From Nitrosospira multiformis ATCC 25196 (GTDB lineage Bacteria > Pseudomonadota > Gammaproteobacteria > Burkholderiales > Nitrosomonadaceae): a stretch of 32,000 nt of DNA. The stretch is from contig NC_007614.1 in NCBI RefSeq assembly GCF_000196355.1, positions 1,740,001 through 1,772,000 on the forward strand, read 5' to 3'. Position numbers and translations under genes: made by a program. The number at the start of each line of letters is the position of its first letter. Position 1 is the stretch's first letter. Below the pieces are notes generated by a model that did not search any database, was not told the origin of the DNA, and saw only the letters and a program-made list of their open reading frames with translations. Of this stretch, positions 9,793 to 17,839 are shown piece after piece.

Positions 9793-10077
9793 TTAATTTC
9801 TGATAGATGGCTCGGTCCGCACACCTTCATCTGGCGTAGCCCACTTAGTCGCTGCTTTAATATTATTTTCAGCACGGCTCGCATTGACACAATCGGGCGT
9901 CGCATCCAGCATGCGCGGACTCGTCATGCAATCTTTTAGCTTTGCAGCTCGTTCCGTTGCATGCGATTCATACCAATCAACGGATCTGACGTCTTCCTGC
10001 TCGGGGCGGATATCGCATCCGGCAAGTATTGCTATCACGCATCCGCTCATTCCTACTGAAATAATAGTCTTTCTCAT
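9793..10077 (-). CDS. EexN-like (entry-exclusion) small lipoprotein
   Basis: Lipobox (VIAILAGC) followed by VDWYESHATERAAKLKDCMTSPRMLDATPDCVNASRAE, the pattern of EexN family lipoproteins (W-Y-x-x-H-x-x-E-R-x-A-K-L-x-x-C...CxNA). Confidence 0.72.
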   Translation of the reverse strand: MRKTIISVGMSGCVIAILAGCDIRPEQEDVRSVDWYESHATERAAKLKDCMTSPRMLDATPDCVNASRAENNIKAATKWATPDEGVRTEPSIRN

Positions 10078-10489
10078 ATTTAAATTCTTCGGAGTAGATT
10101 ATCCGTGATACACCAGAGCGATAATCACGGTTATGTCCGTGTTCATACCGCTTGAGAATTGCATAAATCGGCGGGCTAATTCTGTGCGGTGGCGTACCAA
10201 GCCGAAGGAAGGCAGAATCGTTACAAAACTTCGTTCCGACGGTTCGAATCTTCCACAATACGCACTGTTGATGTGGCATAAGTGGAGGTTTAACCGGGAT
10301 AGGGTGGATTTTCACGATTCATGGGGTAGTGGGGCATGTCTTGAAGGAAGATTGCCCATGGAGCGAGCGAGTGCATAGGAAAGTTTTTAAAAGAAGTAAT
10401 CAACGCCACCGGCGAAAGCGAAAACCAGGATCGAGCCGGGGCAAGATGTCTACCGCACACCAGCTCGATCTTCTTCTGGTCTGGTCCAA

Positions 10490-11014
10490 TTAAGCCATTT
10501 CACTGGCCGCCGGGCTCCGCAGTAGGCCGCGGCTTTCCATCTCCCTCTGCAACATATCCATCGCCTGATCATGAATCAGATCGAGCGCGTCATAACCGCG
10601 ATTACGCAATGAGGCCGCCTTGAGCATTCCACAGGCCATCGTTTTCCTGATTTCACGCAATCCAATCTTTTGGCCACAGTAGGCGCGAATTATCTGCTCG
10701 ATACCCCTGCGATGATGAATTCCTGTCCCAAAATTTGCAGCAAGGTGCCGACTGAGCAGATCGAAGCCACTCGCTTCCCGGCCGAACTGAACATTTATGT
10801 AAGCCATATGCAGTTCAGATAATATGCGATTACATAAGCTTAGAATCAGCGCCGCTTGTGCGTGAAGATCGTGCGCAGTCAATTCACCATGTGCGCCACT
10901 CTCCCCTGCCCTGTCAGGGCCGCGCATCGCGTTAACCGATGAGATTCTCACGATTGGACGACTGGTGGTTTCATACGCCCAGCTCAATGCATGCTGCGGA
11001 TCATTAAATTTCAT
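10490..11014 (-). CDS. Conserved-looking hypothetical protein, possibly a phage-type regulatory/antiterminator-like protein
   Basis: 174 aa, well-formed ORF with HTH-like region (IEQIIRAYCGQKIGLREIRKTMACGMLKAASLRNRGYDAL); located downstream (minus strand) of the divergent promoter next to the XRE gene. Confidence 0.55.
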   Translation of the reverse strand: MKFNDPQHALSWAYETTSRPIVRISSVNAMRGPDRAGESGAHGELTAHDLHAQAALILSLCNRILSELHMAYINVQFGREASGFDLLSRHLAANFGTGIHHRRGIEQIIRAYCGQKIGLREIRKTMACGMLKAASLRNRGYDALDLIHDQAMDMLQREMESRGLLRSPAASEMA

Positions 11015-11450
11015 TTGTCATATTCCCTTTTTGAAAAAATGTACAACGAACGCCGTGTTTTTGCCCTTTTTCACAGAACTCCAGGTTATTCCACCCCATT
11101 CGGATTCGATTCATGCCGGCAGCCGTGGCATGATCGGGTTTGCCTGCGCTCTGCAACCGCTTCCGGATCTCCATACTCCCAATGCTCAAGAGGCAAGCGC
11201 ATATCGTTCTTCTTGGTGTCTGGTCTTCTGATACCTGTTCTCATTCGTTACGCTCCGGTTCCTTAAAATTTGCACTATGGTGTGGTTGTCCTTGTATGAA
11301 TGCCTGTGCCACAGGTGGGTGTTAATAGTTACCCGATACGTCTATAGTCATTCAGAGTGCAAAGCCATTTGCTTGACGGTAAATGGCTCTGCTTCATGAT
11401 TCCTTGGTGAAAGTGAACCTTTCTTGCTTGAAGATTTCCAATGAAGGATA

Positions 11451-11479
11451 TTATTACAAGTTTTACTTGTATATGTCAA
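11451..11479 (-). promoter_or_regulatory. Predicted sigma70 promoter on minus strand (TTGACA-17-TAATAA)
   Basis: Reverse complement reads TTGACA TATACAAGTAAAACTTG TAATAA; the spacer contains operator palindrome O1. Confidence 0.6.
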
Positions 11480-11515
11480 GTGAAACTTGTAAGCGGGATG
11501 CAAGAATTGCTTGTA
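11455..11515. promoter_or_regulatory. Cluster of three operator-like palindromes
   Basis: O1 11455-11471 TACAAGT-TTT-ACTTGTA (perfect); O2 11475-11491 GTCAAGT-GAA-ACTTGTA; O3 11499-11515 TGCAAGA-ATT-GCTTGTA; immediately upstream of the XRE gene. Confidence 0.7.
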
Positions 11516-11525
11516 TTATGATGGC

Positions 11526-12080
11526 ATGGACATAGCGCGGATAATTCGCGAGGGACGCGAAAAGCTTAAATTGAACCAGTCGGAGCTGGCCGAGCTTGTG
11601 GGCGTGTCTCCACAGGCGGTTCAGCAGTGGGAATCTGGCGCTACACAACCGCGCGGGAAAAGACTGAACAAGATCGCAGAAGTGCTCAAGCTGCCCCCGG
11701 CGATGATGCATTTCGGAATGTCACTGGAAGTTCCGGCTGCGCCTGATGCTGCAGTATCGCGTCAACCGGAGAATCCGGGACGTGGAACTCGAGGTACCTC
11801 TCCCCGCGTCACTGAGAAACCGGTTTCGGAGAACGATGCACTTATCAATCAGGTTGTCGAAGCAATGCGGCGCATGTCTAAAGAAGATGCAGCGCGACTG
11901 GTAACAATAAGCAAGGCGCTGGTAGGTGAAACAGTTACCGAAGTGGCTGAGGCGGTTCCTTCGGTAGATCTGAAACCTCTACCGGTACCGGATCTGCCTC
12001 CTCATCCCCCTCCAGCTTTTCCTCCGCGTCGGATGTCCGAGAGTAGAACGAAGGTCAGGGGAAAGACGGCAATCAGATAG
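11526..12080 (+). CDS. XRE/Cro-CI-type helix-turn-helix transcriptional regulator (short, no S24 peptidase domain recognised)
   Basis: MDIARIIREGREKLKLNQSELAELVGVSPQAVQQWESGATQPRGKRLNKIAEVLKLPPAMMHF; the ORF track extends to a TTG at 11511, but ATG 11526 fits the HTH start. Confidence 0.85.
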   Translation: MDIARIIREGREKLKLNQSELAELVGVSPQAVQQWESGATQPRGKRLNKIAEVLKLPPAMMHFGMSLEVPAAPDAAVSRQPENPGRGTRGTSPRVTEKPVSENDALINQVVEAMRRMSKEDAARLVTISKALVGETVTEVAEAVPSVDLKPLPVPDLPPHPPPAFPPRRMSESRTKVRGKTAIR

Positions 12081-12237
12081 GCGGCACCTTTCCAGGCATG
12101 GAACGGATCGCCGCAAAAATGACAGACGCCGAAGCTGACGCTGTTGGAGTAGCATGTTTATAAAAAGAAAAGATACATAAGGAAATACAGAATATATTTG
12201 CGTCACCCACTCTGATTATCATCGGATAATAGAAGAG

Positions 12238-12513
12238 TTGGCGCCTTATAATAATCTGGACCAGAGATACGCCAGTAACACTCCTGCCCTCATGAGACCA
12301 TTAGCAAATAGACTGCCGTATGACAGTACGGAGATGCTGCTCGCCTTTCATGTATCAGAAAAGGCACGTGCAAAACGTGACAGATACATCATGCAATTCC
12401 CCGAGGAGTCGCGGGAACTGGAAAAAAGGAGGTATACACTTGAGCAGGCAGTAAAGGAAGTGCTGGGTGAAGTAGCGGAAGTCGCATTGCTTATCCGGGA
12501 ACTGGAGAGCTGA
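12238..12513 (+). CDS. Small hypothetical protein
   Basis: 91 aa ORF (non-ATG start at 12238, first ATG at 12292); charged helical C-terminus; sits between regulator and lipoprotein. Confidence 0.4.
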   Translation: MAPYNNLDQRYASNTPALMRPLANRLPYDSTEMLLAFHVSEKARAKRDRYIMQFPEESRELEKRRYTLEQAVKEVLGEVAEVALLIRELES

Positions 12514-12599
12514 TTCGAAGGCCGAAGTTCTGTACAAATAACCTATTGATTGGATTATATCTTTTTCCCTTTTCGCCTTTTTATCGATCAGGAATTCAT

Positions 12600-12926
12600 A
12601 TGAAATATCTTATGGTTGTCTTGCTCAGCATGTGGGTGCTCTCTTCGTGTGTTATCACGGGAAAAATGTCAGGTATCCGGGAAGGCATGACAAAAGAGCA
12701 AGTGATAAGCATCGCGGGTAATCCGGATGGCTATCAGCGCAGTGGCGATTATGAGGCGTTGCTTTATATCGATCGTCGGCACTCCTGGTCCTTGTTCGGT
12801 GGACCCTATCGGGATGCTGTTGATTATTCGGTCATCCTTCGTGATGATCAGGTGATGGAGTTCGGCCCAGGCAGAACGCATGAGCGCCAGGCTGAAGTTC
12901 CTTTCGTCAGGGTTCCGGGCCGTTAA
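12600..12926 (+). CDS. SmpA/OmlA (BamE)-like small lipoprotein
   Basis: Signal peptide with lipobox (MKYLMVVLLSMWVLSSC) and IREGMTKEQVISIAGNPDGYQRSGDYEALLYIDRR, resembling the BamE/SmpA fold; AGGA upstream of ATG 12600. Confidence 0.65.
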   Translation: MKYLMVVLLSMWVLSSCVITGKMSGIREGMTKEQVISIAGNPDGYQRSGDYEALLYIDRRHSWSLFGGPYRDAVDYSVILRDDQVMEFGPGRTHERQAEVPFVRVPGR

Positions 12927-13018
12927 CCTGCATTTATCCGTATTTCCCACGACTTCCAGCGATTGCCCGACCCCGATCCTTTCAAAACCCAGCCCCTTCC
13001 TTCCCTCCAATACTTGTT

Positions 13019-13055
13019 TACAAGTTTATCTTGACAATTACAAGTAATACTTGTA
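13019..13055. promoter_or_regulatory. Two operator-like palindromes overlapping the promoter
   Basis: 13039-13055 TACAAGT-AAT-ACTTGTA (perfect 17-bp palindrome); 13019-13035 TACAAGT-TTA-TCTTGAC (imperfect), offset 20 bp. Confidence 0.7.
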
Positions 13056-13059
13056 TTAT
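13031..13059 (+). promoter_or_regulatory. Near-consensus sigma70 promoter (TTGACA-17-TATTAT) with embedded operator
   Basis: TTGACA 13031-13036, 17-bp spacer, TATTAT 13054-13059. Confidence 0.75.
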
Positions 13060-13286
13060 GCTTTCCATGTTGCAGCGCCACAGTTGATCGGTCCTGGTGT
13101 TGCAACATCCGTGAAACAGACGTGCAGCCTGCCTCAGGCATAGCCTCGATCGAGTAAGGCCCTCAGGGCGTCGAAAGACAAGCGGTCAGGGAAGGGAAAG
13201 GCACAAAGAAATATCCAGGCCGTGCCTGGCGCGGAAATTGAACCCGATCTGAAAGGGTAAACCAGGGTAGAGCAAGGGAGGGCGTG

Positions 13287-13541
13287 ATGGGAAACGGGGT
13301 GGGGCGATGGATGAACTGGATGGCAGCGTGGACCGAACATTGTCCCGCCCCCCTTGATCTCTCGGATAGCGAGATACTCGACTGGTTAAGCGAATACTGC
13401 GACCAGGCCGTCTATAATCATCCGACATCGCAATCCTGCGGCGGCTTCACTCTCTATTGCGATGAAATCAGAAGCAGCGCCTCCACATTGCGGGAAGCAG
13501 TTTGTCTCGCGGCGGCGAAGTGGAGGGAGGCAAATGATTAG
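13287..13541 (+). CDS. Small phage-like hypothetical protein
   Basis: MGNGVGRWMNWMAAWTEHCPAPLDLSDSEILDWLSEYCDQAVYNHPTSQSCGGFTLYCDEIRSSASTLREAVCLAAAKWREAND; GGGAGGG RBS-like sequence upstream; first gene after the operator-bearing promoter. Confidence 0.5.
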   Translation: MGNGVGRWMNWMAAWTEHCPAPLDLSDSEILDWLSEYCDQAVYNHPTSQSCGGFTLYCDEIRSSASTLREAVCLAAAKWREAND

Positions 13542-13597
13542 ACGTTTTCCGGTACTGCCACTATCTGCTCGCAATATCCAAAAACTTTAATACAGTC

Positions 13598-14836
13598 TTG
13601 TCAGACGAGCTGATGGAACACGATGGGGAAAGTTCAACCATGGCCAAACCCTCTCCTGCACCTTCCTCAACTCCTCCACCCTATATTACTTCTGTCGATC
13701 TCATGCGTGGGCTGGTCATGGTTCTCATGGCCCTTGACCATGTGCGCGGATTCTTCACCAATGCCGATTTCAGCTCCACTGATCTTGCCCGCACTACTCC
13801 CGGCGTTTTCCTGACACGCTGGATCACTCACCTGTGCGCCCCCACCTTTGTGTTTCTGGCAGGCACCAGTGCTTATCTGTCTGCATCGCGGGGGATGGCC
13901 CACTCCCAGTTGGCGAAACGATTATTCCTGCGGGGGTTGTGGCTGGTATTTCTTGAACTGACGGTGGTGCGTTTTGCCTGGTTCTTCAATCTGGATTACA
14001 ACTTGATGGACCTGCAGGTGATCTGGGCGCTGGGGTGGTCCATGATTGTTCTCGCGGCGCTCGTCTATCTGCCGCTATGGGCGGTCGCCGGCGTTGGCAT
14101 CGGCATGATCCTGACTCACAATCTGCTCGACAGCATACGGCTTGAGGATTTTCAGGCAGCGGGCGGCTCGCTCACCTGGAAAGGGTGGCTGGTGAGCGTG
14201 CTCCACATCCCCCACTTTCCGGTGGTGTACCCTCTCATCCCCTGGATCGGAGTAATGGCCTCGGGTTATGCATTTGGTCCTCTCATGCTGCTGCCATCGA
14301 GGACAAGAATAAAGGTAGTATTTAAATGCGGCACGATTCTTGTCGCAGGCTTCCTCATTCTCCGCGGCCTGAATATTTATGGCGATCCGGATCCATGGGT
14401 TTTGCAGGAAACCCCCGTGTTCACACTACTTTCCTTCCTGAATACGACGAAATATCCACCGTCACTGCTCTATCTGCTGATGACACTCGGACTCATGTTC
14501 CTGCTGATATCTGCATTTGAATGGTGGCATGAGGCGCACGGGCCGCACGGTGTCGCAGGACGTTTTCTGATTACCTTTGGCCGCGTGCCCCTGTTTTTCT
14601 ATCTCATTCATCTGTATTTTATTCATGGCTTCACCCTGCTCATTGCGTTTGCAATGGGAGCGAATATTCGCTCCTTCCTGACCTCTTCCTGGGAATTCCC
14701 ATCCTGGTGGGGATTCAGCCTTCCAGTTGTTTACCTGGTATGGGTGGGAGTCACTACCACACTCTATCCCATCTGCCGCCGGTTCGCGGCATTAAAATCT
14801 CGCCACCGGGGCAGTTGGTGGACGCCCTATATCTAA
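13598..14836 (+). CDS. DUF1624 / heparan-alpha-glucosaminide N-acetyltransferase-like multi-pass membrane protein
   Basis: SVDLMRGLVMVLMALDHVRGFF...LTRWITHLCAPTFVFLAGTSAYL, multiple TM segments; ATG 13613 or 13640 may be the true start. Confidence 0.82.
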   Translation: MSDELMEHDGESSTMAKPSPAPSSTPPPYITSVDLMRGLVMVLMALDHVRGFFTNADFSSTDLARTTPGVFLTRWITHLCAPTFVFLAGTSAYLSASRGMAHSQLAKRLFLRGLWLVFLELTVVRFAWFFNLDYNLMDLQVIWALGWSMIVLAALVYLPLWAVAGVGIGMILTHNLLDSIRLEDFQAAGGSLTWKGWLVSVLHIPHFPVVYPLIPWIGVMASGYAFGPLMLLPSRTRIKVVFKCGTILVAGFLILRGLNIYGDPDPWVLQETPVFTLLSFLNTTKYPPSLLYLLMTLGLMFLLISAFEWWHEAHGPHGVAGRFLITFGRVPLFFYLIHLYFIHGFTLLIAFAMGANIRSFLTSSWEFPSWWGFSLPVVYLVWVGVTTTLYPICRRFAALKSRHRGSWWTPYI

Positions 14837-14891
14837 GGATGTCATAAGTCTGATGGGTAAATCCGGCGAAACGGGAAACCGGTGATGTTGC

Positions 14892-15251
14892 ATGCCAAAT
14901 GTTCCTGTATGTGCGCTATCCAACGAAAAAGAATCGTTCCTTTTGCTAGGCTTCGGGTTTCAGAGAATGACAGGAGTTGCTGTAATGGGTGACGATCTTT
15001 TTCAATTCCCAATCACGGGATGGGAAATAAAAACAGAACCTATTGATGGATTGCTGTCGGTCCGGTTTCCATTTTTATCCCACGAGCAGCAAAAGCTTGC
15101 CGAGGCAGATCCCGGCAGACCCTACGTGATGCAAGCTGAACAAGCTCGCGAGCTTCGCGACGCATTGTCGAGAGCAATCAAACGCCTTGAGGACCAAGAG
15201 CTTGCAACCCCCGTAGTGACGGAAACATACAAGCGATTTCTCATCTATTAA
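14892..15251 (+). CDS. Hypothetical protein
   Basis: 119 aa ORF with plausible coding composition; C-terminus SHEQQKLAEADPGRPYVMQAEQARELRDALSRAIKRLE; start codon uncertain. Confidence 0.5.
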   Translation: MPNVPVCALSNEKESFLLLGFGFQRMTGVAVMGDDLFQFPITGWEIKTEPIDGLLSVRFPFLSHEQQKLAEADPGRPYVMQAEQARELRDALSRAIKRLEDQELATPVVTETYKRFLIY

Positions 15252-15373
15252 GCGAAGCGCAGCATTTCGCTTCTCAATCCCAATTCATCCAGCGGGATAG
15301 TAGCAAAAAGCAGGAAACTTCCGGCGCGCCATTGCCAGGAGTGAGCGAATATATTTGATACGCTCGATCTCTG

Positions 15374-17248
15374 ATGAATCCTGAACTGCCACCCAATCAC
15401 CTCGATAAACCGGTCGATGATGCGTATGACCATACGTTGGGACCGGCTGATGCCGAAATTACCCTGGTCGAATACGGTAGTTATGCGGATGCGCCCTCAC
15501 GCTCGGCACATGAGCGCGTTGCCGAGTTGCGAAGCCGGTTCGGCAATCGAATGCGTTATGTATTTCGCCATCGCCCGTTGGCAGGAAGCAAAATTGCGCG
15601 GCGTGCGGCTGAGTTGGTGGAATCACACAACAATTCCGGTCGATTCTGGGATCTGCATGTCGCACTGATGAGCCGCTCTGACAAGCTGAGCGCAGACGAT
15701 CTGTGCACCATTATTTCTGATTTGAAGCTGGAGGGGAATAAAGAAGCCGGACAGGAAGAAACAGCAGAAAGAGCAAGAGATCGCGTAGAAGCGGATATAG
15801 CCAGCGCAAACGCGAGCGGTGTCATCGTCACCCCGACATTCTTCATCAACGGCCGTCGTTACGATGGCCCTTGGGATGTGCGTTCACTCTCTGAGGCAAT
15901 GCTTGGCTCGCTTGGCCACGTTGTGCATGCTGCCGCACTGGATTTTGCCAAATGGGCGCCTTCGACCGGAATCATGCTGTTGCTTGCGACCGCGCTCGCA
16001 GTTGTTCTGAGCAACTCTGCGCTTGGCCCGGATTTCAACGAAATGTGGGAGCAGCGTCTGGGGATTACGTTCCAGCATAGCGCTTTTGAACTTTCATTGC
16101 GTCATTGGATAAATGACGGATTGCTGGTGATCTTTTTCCTGGTTGTCGGCCTCGAAATCAAGCGCGAGTTTACCGTGGGGCATCTTGCTGAGCGGCAATC
16201 CGCCATGTTGCCAATCGCCGCAGCGATTGGAGGCATGGCTGTCCCCGCCTTGCTTTACCTGATTCTGGTGCCGCCAGGACCGCCAATGGCTCCGGGATCG
16301 GACGGAACCGATGGTGCATGGTCATATGGGTGGGGTGTCCCGATGGCAACGGATACGGCGTTCGCAATTGCGCTGATCGCCATGATGGGTAAACGCGTTC
16401 CTGTCGAGCTACGTGTCTTTCTTACCGCGGCTGCCATTGTCGATGATATTGGAGCAATCATTGTCGTTGCAATTTTTTATTCGGGTGAACTGCATATCGC
16501 TTATCTGGGCAGCGCGGTCGCGATTGCGGGCTTACTGGCGCTGCTCAATAAGGGCGGCGTGTATCGGGCATCTCCATATGTGATTCTCGGAATCGTCCTG
16601 TGGGTTTTCGTGTATGCCAGCGGGATACATGCCACGCTTGCAGGCATCATTCTCGCCTTGTTCATTCCTACGCGCCCGCCGCCTAATCTTCGCGCACTCA
16701 TGCTGCAAGCGGATGCCATTCTGACCGCCGAAACCCGGCGCGGGAGGGAGGTCATGCATTACGGCCCTTCCGAACCCGCACTGGAGGCACTGGATGCCAT
16801 TCATGACCGCTTGGAATCTCCCGCTGCTCGCATGCTCCGGCATCTGGCGCCAAGATCGAGCTTTCTGGTATTGCCGGTGTTTGCGCTTGCGAATGCAGGA
16901 GTGGTTGTAGAGACAAGCGTATTCGGCGAGCACATACCGTTAATGCTCGGCACCGCTACGGCCTTGGTCATCGGCAAGCCCCTCGGGTTTATCACTGCCA
17001 CCGTAACCGCTGTTCGACTGGGCTTTGCCACCAAGCCAGATGCCTACTCCTGGCGACAGCTCGGTGGAGCGGGGGCGCTCGCCGGAATCGGTTTTACCAT
17101 GTCACTTTTCATAGCCAGTCAGGCCTTCCCCGAGGTAAGCGATTATGCGGCCGCCAAAATCGCAATTTTCGGTGGATCAATCCTATCGGCAATTATCGGC
17201 GTCGCGATACTTTGGAATGCACAGGCAGAAGAAGAAAAAAATCCATGA
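15374..17248 (+). CDS. nhaA: Na+/H+ antiporter NhaA with N-terminal DsbA/thioredoxin-like domain
   Basis: N-terminus ITLVEYGSYADAPSRSAHERVAEL...VIVTPTFFINGRRYDG (thioredoxin_4/DsbA-like); C-terminal region with LLVIFFLVVGLEIKREFTVGHL, GWGVPMATDTAFAIALIAMMGKRVP and LGGAGALAGIGFTMSLFIASQAF (NhaA). Confidence 0.92.
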   Translation: MNPELPPNHLDKPVDDAYDHTLGPADAEITLVEYGSYADAPSRSAHERVAELRSRFGNRMRYVFRHRPLAGSKIARRAAELVESHNNSGRFWDLHVALMSRSDKLSADDLCTIISDLKLEGNKEAGQEETAERARDRVEADIASANASGVIVTPTFFINGRRYDGPWDVRSLSEAMLGSLGHVVHAAALDFAKWAPSTGIMLLLATALAVVLSNSALGPDFNEMWEQRLGITFQHSAFELSLRHWINDGLLVIFFLVVGLEIKREFTVGHLAERQSAMLPIAAAIGGMAVPALLYLILVPPGPPMAPGSDGTDGAWSYGWGVPMATDTAFAIALIAMMGKRVPVELRVFLTAAAIVDDIGAIIVVAIFYSGELHIAYLGSAVAIAGLLALLNKGGVYRASPYVILGIVLWVFVYASGIHATLAGIILALFIPTRPPPNLRALMLQADAILTAETRRGREVMHYGPSEPALEALDAIHDRLESPAARMLRHLAPRSSFLVLPVFALANAGVVVETSVFGEHIPLMLGTATALVIGKPLGFITATVTAVRLGFATKPDAYSWRQLGGAGALAGIGFTMSLFIASQAFPEVSDYAAAKIAIFGGSILSAIIGVAILWNAQAEEEKNP

Positions 17249-17410
17249 GCGTGAATAAAAACGCTCCCGGCGGAAATAGCAGGGAAACGCGGTGGCAGCG
17301 AAGCGAAGGTAAAAATGAAGCAGATGATGGAATTATTTTCCGAAACACTTGTTGCTAATCAAGCTATACGGGCAGAAGTAAACGATAACTTTTCCACATG
17401 AGGAGGGAAT

Positions 17411-17839
17411 ATGACTATAAAGAAGGCGTGGGCAGTTTGGAAAGGTGGAATCAAGGACGGGGGTGGAACGATTTCCACCGAAACAGGTGTACTGAGCGAA
17501 GCACCCTACGGTTTCAAATCGAGATTTGAAAATGGCAAGGGCACCAATCCGGAAGAACTCATCGGTGCCGGGCACGCAGGCTGTTTTTCGATGGCACTCT
17601 CCCTGATGCTTGGAGAAGCTGGCTTGACGCCGGAGAAGATCGAGACGCATACAGCCGTCACGCTCGATAAAGTTGGAGAAGGCTTCGAGATCACCACTAT
17701 CCACCTTGACGTTGCCGCCAGAATACCGGGGGCAGACCAGGCAAAATTCGAAGAGATTGCCAACAAGGCAAAGGAAGGTTGTCCCGTCTCCAAACTATTC
17801 AAGGCAAAAATAACAATGGAAGCAAGACTGGAAACGTAG
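17411..17839 (+). CDS. osmC: OsmC-family peroxiredoxin
   Basis: MTIKKAWAVWKGGIKDGGGTISTETGVL...GTNPEELIGAGHAGCFSMALS...GCPVSKLFKAKITMEARL; GAGGAGG at about 17400 as RBS. Confidence 0.9.
   Translation: MTIKKAWAVWKGGIKDGGGTISTETGVLSEAPYGFKSRFENGKGTNPEELIGAGHAGCFSMALSLMLGEAGLTPEKIETHTAVTLDKVGEGFEITTIHLDVAARIPGADQAKFEEIANKAKEGCPVSKLFKAKITMEARLET

Noticed and set aside
10236-10258. tRNA T-arm-like string GGTTCGAATC, which might mark an att site next to the phage-like module
   Set aside because: Flanking bases (GACGG / TTCCA) do not pair as a T-stem and no matching acceptor or anticodon arms are visible; probably chance.
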